From NCBI GenBank assembly GCA_963793495.1, contig CAWCAI010000003.1:626124-690123 (forward strand): DNA of 64,000 nt, read 5' to 3'. Shown here piece after piece: positions 1-10,163 of this stretch. Position 1 is the first letter of the stretch, and the number at the start of each line of letters is the position of its first letter. This DNA is from an uncultured cyanobacterium. Its GTDB lineage: Bacteria > Cyanobacteriota > Cyanobacteriia > Phormidesmidales > Phormidesmidaceae. The notes beneath the pieces are model-generated. The model had not been told where the DNA came from. It saw only the letters and a program-made list of their open reading frames with translations, and ran no database searches. The position numbers were made by a program, and so were the translations under genes.

Positions 1-1
1 C

Positions 2-493
2 GTCGCTTTTGACCTTGAGGAATACGGATTAGTCGGCAGCGCGGCTTGCGCTCAGCAGTGGAGAGCACTGGGCAAATCACTGCATCTGATGCTGTCACTA
101 GAAATGCTGGGTTACTTTTCCAATCAGCCTAATTCGCAGCGATACCCACTGAACGTCCTTAGTCGAATTTATCCAGACGCCGGTAATTTCATCGCGCTCG
201 TTGGTAATACAGGGACACTCTTTAAAATGAGAACGCTCAAACGCCATCTAAGGCGGGCAGGTGCTCCGTGCGAATGGCTGCCTGTGATTAACCAGGGTAA
301 GCAGATCCCGGACACTCGAAACAGCGATCATGCGCCGTTTTGGGACGCAGGCTATCCGGCAGTAATGATGACCGATACAGCTCACTTGCGCAACCCGCAC
401 TATCACAAGGCCTCGGATCGAATTGAGACTCTGAACATTGAGATGATGGCAAAGATCACGCGGGGATTAGCAGCCTATTTGCAAGCAAGCTAG
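2..493 (+). CDS. M28 family peptidase, C-terminal part (5' truncated by window)
   Basis: Frame is open from the window edge: VAFDLEEYGLVGS...MLSLEMLGY...SDHAPFWDAGYPAVMMTDTA..RNPHYHKASD, typical of M28 aminopeptidases. Confidence 0.85.
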   Translation, partial: VAFDLEEYGLVGSAACAQQWRALGKSLHLMLSLEMLGYFSNQPNSQRYPLNVLSRIYPDAGNFIALVGNTGTLFKMRTLKRHLRRAGAPCEWLPVINQGKQIPDTRNSDHAPFWDAGYPAVMMTDTAHLRNPHYHKASDRIETLNIEMMAKITRGLAAYLQAS

Positions 494-533
494 AGTTAGT
501 AGGATCTAAGTTGCGGTTGAAAAAATTAGGCAG

Positions 534-1862
534 ATGACTGCGAAAAGTGTGATCCCAAACCCTGTTCTTCAAAAATTAGCTTCAGCTTTGGGCTTTGGTC
601 TGTTAGCGGCTGGGCTATCGTCCTGTCAATTGGTTGAACAGGCTATGTCCTCTGACTTTGGGCAGGTGGCAAGGAAAGTGCTTGCTGTTGATGCCTATGG
701 CTTTGAAGATAGCTATACGCGCAACTTCTACCTGAAAGACATTGAACTGCCTGCGGAAGCTGATATCTACTTTGCCGCTGTGGCGGGTGGCGGAGCGCCT
801 AGCTACAACGAGGTAGCCCTAGAAAAGAACGTTCTGTACTTCCAGCGATCGCTCAGCGAACTCGGATTCTCTACAGAGGCGGCCAGTCTATTTTTTGCGA
901 GTGGCAACGACGGCCAAGAGACTGTTCGCTATCTAGATAACAACGGCGACGAACGGTTTAAAGCAGCCGAGATTCCGAACCTTGATGGGGGCGCAACGCT
1001 TAAGAATGCCTACGGCTGGTTTAGCGCTATTGCCAAGGCAGAAAAGCCCTGTCCGGCTTTCTTCTACTTCACAGGTCACGGAGCCTACAACAACAGCAAC
1101 GAAGACGATAACGCCCTGATTTTGTGGGAAGAAGACTTCTTGCCTGTGCAGGAATTCGCGAACTGGCTAGCGCCTTTACCGGCAGATCAGCCCTTTGTCA
1201 CAATGATGGCGCAGTGCTATTCAGGTGCTTTTGCCAACATGATCTACGAAAATGGCGACCCCGAACAGCCGGTTGCCCTGCAAACCCGCTGCGGATTCTT
1301 TGCGACGGTGGCATCTCGTCCTTCTGTTGGCTGTACCCCGGCAGTGAATGAGGCAGATTACAAGGACTATAGCTCTAGCTTTTTTGCTGGATTGACGGGA
1401 CGCGATCGCATCGGCAACCCAGTCAGCTCCGCCGACTACAACCAAGACAGCAAAGTCTCATACGCAGAAGCCCACGCCTTTGCCAAGGTAGACGAGGAAA
1501 CGACTGACTGGCCCATTTCGACAGTAGAAGCGTGGCTACAGCGACAGGTTTCGGAAGCAGAAGCTGAGGAAATGCTGTCGGTACCGATAGAGGAGCTAAT
1601 TGCGATCGCCCGCCCAGAGCAGCAGTACGTCATCACAGAGCTCAGCAAGCTAGTTGGATTTGACCCCAGGCTTCCTTACACAGATAGCTACAGCAGTGCT
1701 CCTCCTGAGCTAGACACCGTGGACGAAGCCTATCAAATGCGGCTACAGATGGAGCTGATTAATGTCAGCGCAGAAAAATCAATCAGAGAGAGTCAAGACT
1801 CAGCGCAAATAGCCATCTTGAACAAAATCTTGCGCTGCGAAGCTGGAAGCTGGAAAGGGTAA
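534..1862 (+). CDS. Putative lipoprotein, clan CD cysteine peptidase (C13 legumain/caspase-like)
   Basis: Signal peptide with lipobox-like LAAGLSSC; catalytic-dyad-like FTGHG and AQCYSGAF motifs. Confidence 0.65.
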   Translation: MTAKSVIPNPVLQKLASALGFGLLAAGLSSCQLVEQAMSSDFGQVARKVLAVDAYGFEDSYTRNFYLKDIELPAEADIYFAAVAGGGAPSYNEVALEKNVLYFQRSLSELGFSTEAASLFFASGNDGQETVRYLDNNGDERFKAAEIPNLDGGATLKNAYGWFSAIAKAEKPCPAFFYFTGHGAYNNSNEDDNALILWEEDFLPVQEFANWLAPLPADQPFVTMMAQCYSGAFANMIYENGDPEQPVALQTRCGFFATVASRPSVGCTPAVNEADYKDYSSSFFAGLTGRDRIGNPVSSADYNQDSKVSYAEAHAFAKVDEETTDWPISTVEAWLQRQVSEAEAEEMLSVPIEELIAIARPEQQYVITELSKLVGFDPRLPYTDSYSSAPPELDTVDEAYQMRLQMELINVSAEKSIRESQDSAQIAILNKILRCEAGSWKG

Positions 1863-1905
1863 GCGATGGCATCTGGACTTTTTAGACGCAGCCTATGGGT
1901 TTCTT

Positions 1906-2358
1906 CTATAAAGTTTCTAGAAACGACAGCAGATCAGCCATGTCCCTTTGATTCGGCTGGAACTGAGGCATAGGTGGGGTTTGACCGCTAGTGACCTGTG
2001 TGATTAACGCTGAGCGCGATCGCCGCTCAGATACATAGTGTAGATCGGGGCCTACTTCACCAGAAGCTTCTAGGCCGTGGCAGGTCGCACAGTTCAGCTG
2101 AAATATATCGTGGCCTCTGTCAGCGTCGCCAGTCAGCTGTAAGACGCTCTGCACGTAAGGATCGTTTGGCGTTAGCGCGTACACGCCACCTAAGGAAAAG
2201 CACAGCAAAAACATCAGACCTACCACCACCGTGACTGCTCGCCGCCTTGGTCTACCAAAGGATTGTGCCGAATCCTTCTCATTCTCGATTTGACTGTTGA
2301 CGGTTTGATTCGACACTGTTGGTTTCTGAAAAACTTCTGTCACTACAGCTTTGACCAC
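1906..2358 (-). CDS. cytM: Cytochrome cM
   Basis: One TM helix, CATCH heme motif, GPDL...GQTPPMPQF; divergent from petG. Confidence 0.85.
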   Translation of the reverse strand: MVKAVVTEVFQKPTVSNQTVNSQIENEKDSAQSFGRPRRRAVTVVVGLMFLLCFSLGGVYALTPNDPYVQSVLQLTGDADRGHDIFQLNCATCHGLEASGEVGPDLHYVSERRSRSALITQVTSGQTPPMPQFQPNQRDMADLLSFLETL

Positions 2359-2801
2359 TTAGCTCACTACATCGATTGTCGATAGAACCGCTTCTGTCGC
2401 AGGTTGAGTGATGCACGAACGTATAAACGCATCTGTACACTCGCTACACACTCAGCATCTCGCAATAAACCGTTACTTGTATATTAAGATTCTTTGAGAG
2501 AATAAGACAACCCGGATGCAGTGGGGATCACAGCAATTTACTAATGTTGGGTTTTGAGCCATACAAACCTGGCCGAAATAAGGGGGAGAGTACTGGATCT
2601 GGAGATGCGATCGCACACTACTCAGACAGGTAGCAGCTAAGACGGTTAGTAAACTTGGGTATATTTTTTCTATTCAGCTGGCCTATTCACATTAAGATTA
2701 GATAAGGGTTAGCCAACCAAGGCGGTAATTAAAACTTGCAAGAGATAACCAGCAGAACTAGCTAGCCAAACGAAATTTTCATTCAAATTAGGAGAGTCAT
2801 T

Positions 2802-2915
2802 GTGGTAGAGCCTTTACTATCAGGCATCGTTCTAGGTCTCATTCCCGCTACACTAGCGGGCCTGTTCGTTGCAGCCTACATGCAGTATCGCCGGGGCAAT
2901 CAGCTCGGCGGTTAA
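2802..2915 (+). CDS. petG: Cytochrome b6f subunit V (37 aa, missing from the ORF track)
   Basis: Hand translation from GTG: [37 protein letters not shown]; AGGAG upstream. Confidence 0.95.
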   Translation: MVEPLLSGIVLGLIPATLAGLFVAAYMQYRRGNQLGG

Positions 2916-2951
2916 ACCCGAGCTTCTATACTTTGGATTGCAGATGAGCAT

Positions 2952-2994
2952 AGCCTCGCTGAACTTAAAGAAGTTCGGCGAGGCTTTTAGTTTT
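2952..2994. terminator. Intrinsic terminator between convergent petG and FGGY kinase
   Basis: AGCCTCGCTGAACTT-aaag-AAGTTCGGCGAGGCT followed by T runs. Confidence 0.75.
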
Positions 2995-3002
2995 AGCGCC
3001 GC

Positions 3003-4280
3003 TTAGCCTGCACGGAAGTTATCTAACCCTGCTAGCGCCAGTTTTGCGGTTCCATAGGCGGCTTCTGTCTGCAGAGCTTTCGTCACATTGACGCCTAGGT
3101 ACTTTTGCCGAACAGCTTGCCACGTCTGGTTTTGGGCACCGCCGCCTGCTGTGTAAACCTGCTGAACCTTCGGTGCGCCTAGCGTTTCTAGCTTCTGATA
3201 GCCTTCGGATTCTATGCGAGCGATTGCATCCAAAATCCCATGCAAAAAGTCAACATCCTCTTCAGGTCTAGGCGTCAGCCGGGGCAGATAGTCTGGATCG
3301 TTGATAGGAAAGCGCTCTCCTGGCTGAGTCAGCGGATAGTAAGCCAAATCGCAGGGTTTAGACAGGTTGATTTTAGCGCTGAGCTTGGCAATTTGTTCAG
3401 CGGAAAAGTATTGCTTGAGCACTGCGCCGCCTGTGTTAGAAGCGCCTCCCACAAGCCACAGATCGCCTAGCCTGTGGCTGTAGATACCGAATGCCTGGCT
3501 AGAAATAGCAGTTGGGCTCAGAAGCTTGAGTACGAGGGTGGAGCCTAGTGAGGTCACTGCCTCTCCAGGATGGCTGGCTCCGCTGGCGAGGAAGGCAGCG
3601 ATGCTATCAGTGGTACCAGCGCAGATTTGGCAGGTAGGCGGTAGGTTGAAACGAGCGGCTAGTTCTGGGCGGATGGGGGCGATCGCGCTTCCTGGCTCCA
3701 GCACCGCCGGTAGCCAGTCGGCAATGGGTAAGTTCAGCAGCCAGCTAGGATAAGCCAATTCTTCCACGTCATAGCCTAGCTTCAGGGCGTTGTGATAGTC
3801 GCTGATAGGAAGCTGACCGTGAAGTTTAGACGCTATCCAATCGGACTGATGCGCGATGCGGCTGTCCTCGTATGAGCCAGAATTTTTGCTGTGCAGCCAC
3901 ATGGCTTTAGCTAGGGTGGAGGTGGCGCTGAGCGTTGGGCTCTCAGGTGGTGCAATAACAGCGAGATCTGAAAGGATAGGGCGGGCGATCGCATCGTTGT
4001 ACATCAGCGCCTTGGTTAGGGGTTGTCCGCTGTCATCGCACAGCAGCATGGTAGCAGAGGTGCCATTGACGGCAATGCGGTGGATTTGAGCGCGGGTTTG
4101 GGGTGCGATCGCCTCGATCAACTGCCACAGCATTTGCTCCCACACCGTTGGAGAGGCGACTTCCTCTACAGTCAAGAACCGATAGTTAGACTGAGTCACA
4201 ATCGATTCTTTAGCGCTCTCCCCATCGATAACGACCGCCCTAGCTCCAGACGTTCCAAAATCAATCCCCAAAGCATACAT
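3003..4280 (-). CDS. FGGY-family carbohydrate kinase (xylulose/ribulose kinase-like)
   Basis: LGIDFGTSGAR, GTTDSIAA, SLGSTLV, GGASNTGG, TAGGGA motifs. Confidence 0.9.
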   Translation of the reverse strand: MYALGIDFGTSGARAVVIDGESAKESIVTQSNYRFLTVEEVASPTVWEQMLWQLIEAIAPQTRAQIHRIAVNGTSATMLLCDDSGQPLTKALMYNDAIARPILSDLAVIAPPESPTLSATSTLAKAMWLHSKNSGSYEDSRIAHQSDWIASKLHGQLPISDYHNALKLGYDVEELAYPSWLLNLPIADWLPAVLEPGSAIAPIRPELAARFNLPPTCQICAGTTDSIAAFLASGASHPGEAVTSLGSTLVLKLLSPTAISSQAFGIYSHRLGDLWLVGGASNTGGAVLKQYFSAEQIAKLSAKINLSKPCDLAYYPLTQPGERFPINDPDYLPRLTPRPEEDVDFLHGILDAIARIESEGYQKLETLGAPKVQQVYTAGGGAQNQTWQAVRQKYLGVNVTKALQTEAAYGTAKLALAGLDNFRAG

Positions 4281-4378
4281 AGATCGAAACTCACAAAAAA
4301 CAAAAAAGCCGCACTAAAACAGCACGGCTTTCTTCAAAACGTCAAACTTAGAGTCACAACAAACGGTCTGGACGAGCT

Positions 4379-4888
4379 CTAAACGCTAATCTCACTGACC
4401 TCTCTAGAAATAAAGTCAAATGGCTGATCGATAAAGGAGCTATCTTCAATTCCCATGTCTAAAGCCCGGTCTTTGACCATCTCTTTCATAATTTGGATGC
4501 CCTTCACCGTAGGCGCAATCGGTACGCCTAGTGAGTTGTAGGTTTCGCGCAGACCTTGCAGCACCCGTTCCATCAACACGTCGTTGTTGCCAGCAACTAG
4601 GGCATAGCTGCTGTAGCGCAGGTAGTAGTCCATATCGCGTAGGCAGGCAGCATAGCGACGAGTGGTATAGGCATTGCCGCCAGGACGAATCAGTTCAGGT
4701 ACAACCTCAAACAGCTTCTTCCCGGCCTCTCTAGAAATTTCAGCCGCATTCGCACTGATCATGGCCGCAACCTTGACCCGGTTAGCGCCGCTGTTGAAAT
4801 ACGACTGCAAGGAATCAATCGCATCGCGATCCAGGTAGCGACCGGTGGTGTCGTAGTTGCTAATTAAACTGGTGACCGTATCTCGCAT
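4379..4888 (-). CDS. apcF: Allophycocyanin beta-18 subunit
   Basis: 169 aa; MRDTVTSLISNYDTTGRYLD and GGNAYTTRRYAACLRDMDYYLRY (chromophore Cys). Confidence 0.93.
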   Translation of the reverse strand: MRDTVTSLISNYDTTGRYLDRDAIDSLQSYFNSGANRVKVAAMISANAAEISREAGKKLFEVVPELIRPGGNAYTTRRYAACLRDMDYYLRYSSYALVAGNNDVLMERVLQGLRETYNSLGVPIAPTVKGIQIMKEMVKDRALDMGIEDSSFIDQPFDFISREVSEISV

Positions 4889-5298
4889 GAAAATCTCCCA
4901 ACGTTTGGCGACTATTTAGATGAACGCCTCTAAAATGAACGTCTCTAAGGTTGTGTGCTTGTGGTTACGTGCTTGTAAAGCTTCTCACAGAAGTCTTTTG
5001 CCCTGCCTGTTTCAGCCATAGTTTTAAGAAAACTTATCGCTTGCAAAGCAAGAATATCAGTGGATTCAGCCATTTGACCGTCCGCTTCTTAGTCTACCAC
5101 GCGAGCTAATTGAGCTCACTGGCTCGCTTCGGTAGATGAGTGTTATCGAAGGAAAAGTTTACAATTCGACTTCTTAGTTACGCTCAGCTCAACTCATATA
5201 GTTTTCGTATGGACAGCTTCACATGTATAGAGTTTTCGATAGGATTCGGGCTTTGCGGCCCGTAGAAAGCAGGCTCGACAAAACTTGTTGGATGTTCC

Positions 5299-5340
5299 GT
5301 ATAGGCGGATACAAAATCTATCAATGGGTATTCATACGAT
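5299..5340 (+). promoter_or_regulatory. NtcA-activated promoter of glnN
   Basis: GTA-TAGGCGGA-TAC (5299-5312), 22-nt spacer, then TACGAT (5335-5340): the canonical GTA-N8-TAC-N22-TAN3T layout. Confidence 0.85.
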
Positions 5341-5420
5341 CGGTATCGTTCTAGATGGCCTTTTGGTAATTTCACGCCTCCATCTCAATAGGCAAATCTG
5401 AAAAACTTAGGAAAGACGAC

Positions 5421-7604
5421 ATGACTGGAAACGAGCCGCGCACACAAGCAATTTATGAGATCACTAACAGAGAGCCAATTGAGGCTAAAGCCCCCGAAAA
5501 GTTAGAAGATATCTGGGCCTCGCATGTCTTTAGCCTAAGTAAGATGCAGGCAACCCTACCCAAAAATGTCTTCAAATCGCTCAAAGAGACTATCAAAACC
5601 GGAAAGAAGCTAGATCCTTCCGTCGCTGATGCGGTCGCTGGCGCTATGCGTGACTGGGCGATGTCGATGGGTGCTATGTACTACGCTCACGTCTTTTACC
5701 CGCTAACCGGTGGAACCGCCGAGAAGCATGATGGTTTCATCTCTCCACAGAGCGACGGCGGCGTTATTTCTGAATTCTCTGGCAAGCTGCTGATTCAAGG
5801 CGAGCCTGACGGGTCTTCTTTTCCAAACGGCGGTATTCGCGACACTTTTGAAGCACGCGGCTACACCGGTTGGGATGTGACTAGCCCTGCCTATATTTTA
5901 GAAAATGAGATGGGGGCAACGCTCTGCATTCCCACCGTCTTCGTCTCTTGGACAGGCGAAGCCTTAGATAAGAAAACGCCTTTACTACGCTCTATCGCTG
6001 TGGTCGACAAGGCCGCAAACCGAGTGCTGAAGCTTTTGGGCAATACCGATGTTGCCTCCGTAAACTCTAGCTGCGGCGCGGAGCAAGAGTACTTCTTAAT
6101 AGATGCCAACTTCGCTAATGCTCGCCCTGATCTGCTGCTAGCAGGCCGTTCCCTGTTCGGTAAAGCGCCAGCCAAAGGTCAGCAGTTTGACGACCATTAC
6201 TTTGGGGCAATCCCACCGCGCGTGCAGGCATACATGCACGACGTTGAAACCAGGCTGTATAAGCTTGGCATTCCAGCCAAGACTAGCCACAACGAGGTCG
6301 CGCCCGGTCAGTTTGAAATTGCGCCTGTCTACGAATCTGCCAACGTCGCTAGCGACCATCAGCAGCAGATCATGACTACGCTACGCGATACTGCGGCTGA
6401 CCATGGCTTCTTGTGCCTGCTGCACGAAAAGCCCTTCGCAGGCATCAATGGTTCTGGTAAGCACGTAAACTGGTCGATTGGTAATTCTACTCAGGGAAAC
6501 TTACTAGATCCTGGCGACACGCCTGAAGAGAATCTCCAGTTCCTGGCGTTCTGTGGGGCGGTTATTCGCGGCGTTCATCTCTATGGTCCGCTGATGCGAG
6601 CTGTCATTGCCACGGCTAGTAATGACCATCGTTTGGGTGCAAACGAAGCGCCACCAGCGATCATGTCTGTCTATCTGGGTAGCCAGCTAGAGGATATTTT
6701 CAATCAGATCAAGGATGGTAAGCTGACTGGCTCTAGTCACAAGGGTGAGATGAATCTAGGGGTGGATGTACTGCCGCCTTTGACGAAGGATGCGGGCGAT
6801 CGCAACCGAACTTCGCCTTTTGCCTTCACCGGTAACCGCTTCGAATTCCGCGCAGTCGGATCTAGCCAGTCTGTTTCTGGTCCATTAATTGCTTTAAACA
6901 CAATGATGGCGGATTCTCTTAGCTGGGTTGCCGACCAGCTAGAGGCGAAGGTTAGTGGCGATTCTAGCGCTGAAGACATTGGCAGCGCAGTGCAGTCAGT
7001 CCTCAAAGACGTTATGGATAAGCACGGCGCGGCTGTCTTTGGCGGTAACGGCTACTCTGATGAATGGCACAAAGAAGCTGTCGAGCAGCGTGGGCTGTTG
7101 AACATTCCTACCACAGCCGATGCGCTTCCCTACCTCAAAGATTCCAGCATCACCGAGCTGTTCAAGAACACTGGCGTGCTGTCACCTACTGAGCTAGAAA
7201 GCCGGTTCGAAGTATATGCCGAGCAGTACGTTCTCTCGATTGAAGTTGAAGCGAAGCTAGTCGTGGATATGACGAAAACGCTGATCTATCCCGCAGTAAT
7301 GCGTCACCTTAGCGAGGCGGCTGGCGCAGTAGCCAATCTCAGCGACATCGGCATCGATATCGACAAATCGCCGGTTGAAAAAGTGGCAGGTCTAGCAAAG
7401 ACTTTGCTAAATGGGGCTAATGAGCTAGAAGGTGCGATCGCCAAGCACGACTTTGGATCGACCGAAGAGCACATGTCCTATTGCGCCAAGACCATTCGCG
7501 GCATGATGGACTCCATTCGTGAAGCTGCGGACACCCTCGAAGGTGAAATCGCCGATGACCTATGGCCACTGCCAACCTATGAAGAGATGCTCTTCATCAA
7601 GTAA
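5421..7604 (+). CDS. glnN: Glutamine synthetase type III
   Basis: 727 aa; [94 protein letters not shown]. Confidence 0.95.
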   Translation: MTGNEPRTQAIYEITNREPIEAKAPEKLEDIWASHVFSLSKMQATLPKNVFKSLKETIKTGKKLDPSVADAVAGAMRDWAMSMGAMYYAHVFYPLTGGTAEKHDGFISPQSDGGVISEFSGKLLIQGEPDGSSFPNGGIRDTFEARGYTGWDVTSPAYILENEMGATLCIPTVFVSWTGEALDKKTPLLRSIAVVDKAANRVLKLLGNTDVASVNSSCGAEQEYFLIDANFANARPDLLLAGRSLFGKAPAKGQQFDDHYFGAIPPRVQAYMHDVETRLYKLGIPAKTSHNEVAPGQFEIAPVYESANVASDHQQQIMTTLRDTAADHGFLCLLHEKPFAGINGSGKHVNWSIGNSTQGNLLDPGDTPEENLQFLAFCGAVIRGVHLYGPLMRAVIATASNDHRLGANEAPPAIMSVYLGSQLEDIFNQIKDGKLTGSSHKGEMNLGVDVLPPLTKDAGDRNRTSPFAFTGNRFEFRAVGSSQSVSGPLIALNTMMADSLSWVADQLEAKVSGDSSAEDIGSAVQSVLKDVMDKHGAAVFGGNGYSDEWHKEAVEQRGLLNIPTTADALPYLKDSSITELFKNTGVLSPTELESRFEVYAEQYVLSIEVEAKLVVDMTKTLIYPAVMRHLSEAAGAVANLSDIGIDIDKSPVEKVAGLAKTLLNGANELEGAIAKHDFGSTEEHMSYCAKTIRGMMDSIREAADTLEGEIADDLWPLPTYEEMLFIK

Positions 7605-7644
7605 ACCAAGCTGAGCTTGTAAAACCGAAACCTCACAGAACAAC

Positions 7645-7671
7645 AGCCATCTTTTATAGGTGGCTTTTTTT
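7645..7671 (+). terminator. glnN intrinsic terminator
   Basis: AGCCATCT/AGGTGGCT stem followed by T6. Confidence 0.7.
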
Positions 7672-7792
7672 ATTGCCTGCGCTTTTCCCACCTTTCCTCA
7701 TTTATCCCTATAGAAACACACACGTTCCGTAACATTCTTTTACAATAGAGGTAATTCTTCTATCTAGAAACAGCTTAGCCAGCACAAGTTCT

Positions 7793-8872
7793 ATGCCAGA
7801 TACACTTACCAAGACCGCTTATCAGACCCTTCAAGAGGGCAAGAAGTACTTCGGCGTTGCCCACAAAACGCTTAGCACTCAGCTTCTCAATGTCCTCTCA
7901 AACACCAAAAGAGAAGAGCCTCACCCACCCGATCCACAGCTACTCATGCTGATGCAGAGCAAAATCAATGAGTTATTAGAAGCTGACTGGCAGGATGCAG
8001 AAGATGGGATTTATCCCAAGCAGGCACTTTTCGATAACCGCTGGGACGATTTCTTTCGCTACTACCCAGAGCTTTGGCTAGATCTGCCAGGAATTTGGGA
8101 TAGAGCCAACAGCAAGCGCCATCAAGACTTTAGTGAAGGCATCGACACCAGTGGCTACCCAAGCTACTACGTTCAGAATTTTCATCATCAGACAGACGGC
8201 TACTTTAGCGATACCTCTGCCAAGATGTACGACCTGCAAGTTGAGGTTCTATTCAACGGTACTGCTGCTCCTATGCGTCGTCGCATATTAGCCCCGCTAA
8301 AACAGCACATTGCTCAAATGGAGATACCGGTTGACACCACAGCTCAGCCTGTCAAAATTCTAGATATCGCCTGTGGTACAGGCAACAGCCTGACGCTAAT
8401 CAACCAGGCAATTCCCGAAGCCTCTCTGTACGGCGTAGATCTTTCACCTGCTTATCTACGCAAGGCCAATGAGAACCTAACCAACATCAAAGGCAGGATG
8501 CCCGCTCAGCTGATTCAGGCCAACGCAGAGGCGCTTCCTTTTGTAGATAATTTCTTTGCGGCGACTACCAGCACTTTCCTTTTCCACGAGCTGCCAGCTG
8601 AGGCACGTCAAAATGTGATTGACGAAGCCTTCCGGGTGACTCAGCCCGGTGGTGTTTTTGTGATCTGTGACTCTATTCAGAAGATAGACGCACCCGAGTT
8701 TGAACCGCTGATGGACAACTTTCCAGCTATGTTTCACGAACCTTACTACCGTCATTATGTTGGGGACGATTTGGTCGCTCGTCTAGAATCGGCAGGCTTT
8801 GAGGATGTGACGACAACGACTCATTTTATGAGTAAGTATTGGGTTGCGATCAAGCCTGCTGCATCAGCCTGA
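7793..8872 (+). CDS. Class I SAM-dependent methyltransferase (conserved cyanobacterial family)
   Basis: ILDIACGTG, GVDLS, FLFHELP; YYVQNFHHQTDGY. Confidence 0.88.
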   Translation: MPDTLTKTAYQTLQEGKKYFGVAHKTLSTQLLNVLSNTKREEPHPPDPQLLMLMQSKINELLEADWQDAEDGIYPKQALFDNRWDDFFRYYPELWLDLPGIWDRANSKRHQDFSEGIDTSGYPSYYVQNFHHQTDGYFSDTSAKMYDLQVEVLFNGTAAPMRRRILAPLKQHIAQMEIPVDTTAQPVKILDIACGTGNSLTLINQAIPEASLYGVDLSPAYLRKANENLTNIKGRMPAQLIQANAEALPFVDNFFAATTSTFLFHELPAEARQNVIDEAFRVTQPGGVFVICDSIQKIDAPEFEPLMDNFPAMFHEPYYRHYVGDDLVARLESAGFEDVTTTTHFMSKYWVAIKPAASA

Positions 8873-8910
8873 CGCTATAGGCCTATAGGCCGTTGCACAT
8901 AGACTGCTAA

Positions 8911-8948
8911 AAGGATTGCCTCCATTAGAAATGGGGCAGTCCTTTTTT
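8911..8948 (+). terminator. Intrinsic terminator
   Basis: AAGGATTGCC.CCAT / ATGGGGCAGTCCTT stem plus T tract. Confidence 0.7.
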
Positions 8949-9075
8949 ACGCTGTAGTCTTTGAAGGAAAAGCTGATATGCGACCTACTCATCAATAAGA
9001 TGAGGGCTAGTTTTTGTAGCAAATTTTACAGTTGATTAGACTTGATTCAGTTGTGAAATCAAGGAATCGCTACTA

Positions 9076-9363
9076 ATGAAATCTGTATCTACTTACCCGC
9101 TGCAAAACAACCAGGCCTATTGGCCTCTGCGCTCAAACAACGCTCAGAAATCAACTCAAAAGCGCTTATCAAGCAGACTCAAAGATCTGTTTCGTTCGCT
9201 GATTTCTCAGCTTAGCAGTGAGGCCGATCCTGCTGTATGGCAGACTCATGACGCTACAGGCCGAGCGGTCTGGAGTGCTGAAGACCGTGCTTCTGGTAGA
9301 AGCATTCGCGGTGTGTCGGAAGCAGAGCTGCGTGTTTGGCTAGAAGCGCGATACCAGTTCTAG
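9076..9363 (+). CDS. Conserved cyanobacterial hypothetical protein
   Basis: C-terminal WQ..D..G...W...D..SG...SEAELRVWLEARY pattern of a small cyanobacterial family. Confidence 0.7.
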   Translation: MKSVSTYPLQNNQAYWPLRSNNAQKSTQKRLSSRLKDLFRSLISQLSSEADPAVWQTHDATGRAVWSAEDRASGRSIRGVSEAELRVWLEARYQF

Positions 9364-10023
9364 CTGATCGAATAGCTGACGGACCTTCGATAAGTCTTTG
9401 TCACCTGGCGACTTCTCTACTCCACTAGAGAGGTCGATTCCGTTTGGGGAGAGTTCCGCGAGCGCAGTGAGGATGTTGACAGGAGTAAGCCCACCAGCTA
9501 AAAACCAGGGCCGACCGGGCGAAAAGGTTTTGAGCGATCGCCAGTCTAAGGTTTTACCGGTGCCGCCTAGCTGCTCAGGGTGATAGGCATCTAGCAGTAG
9601 GCGATCGACGTAAGGTTCGTAGCCGAGCGCGGTTTCTAAGTCCTCATTGGTGCGAACTCTAATAGCTTTGACAAGCTTCACTGTAGACAAGTCCGCATGG
9701 TCTAGGGCATCGCGCAGTCGCTGACAGGTGGCTGGGCTCTCATCGCCGTGAAGCTGAATCACGCTGAGGCCTGCTGTCTTAGTGACGCCAAGGATTTCTG
9801 ATAGCGGCGCGTTAGCAAAGACACCAAAGTGTTCCAGATCCGGAGCGAATTTGGCAACAGCAGAGACAATCGAGGCGATATTTTGAGGGGTGATGTAGCG
9901 GGGCGATCGCACCACACAGATATAACCTAGTGCCGTTGCGCCGAGCTGTGCGATCGCCTCCGCCTGTTCCACCTGCGTAATCCCACAAATCTTCACCTGC
10001 AACATCGCGTTCCTCTGCTTCAA
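9340..10023 (-). CDS. trpF: Phosphoribosylanthranilate isomerase (start may be ATG 10005)
   Basis: VKICGIT, IQLHGDES, LLDAY...GGTGKTLDW, FLAGGL, IDLSSGVE..PGDKD. Confidence 0.95.
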   Translation of the reverse strand: MKQRNAMLQVKICGITQVEQAEAIAQLGATALGYICVVRSPRYITPQNIASIVSAVAKFAPDLEHFGVFANAPLSEILGVTKTAGLSVIQLHGDESPATCQRLRDALDHADLSTVKLVKAIRVRTNEDLETALGYEPYVDRLLLDAYHPEQLGGTGKTLDWRSLKTFSPGRPWFLAGGLTPVNILTALAELSPNGIDLSSGVEKSPGDKDLSKVRQLFDQLELVSRF

Positions 10024-10163
10024 TCCTCAATAAATAGACGGTTATCCCCAACCGCACTGGCCCCGGTCAAACCGTCATGTTCAGTACAATAGAAGCACGT
10101 CAAACAGGCTTCAGAGCTTGTTTTCACTGATATTAGGCTATTAACACCGAAGGATAACACCTC

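Noticed and set aside
5184-5375. 63-aa ORF between apcF and glnN
   Set aside because: TTG start, no recognisable motif, and it overlaps the NtcA promoter on the opposite strand.
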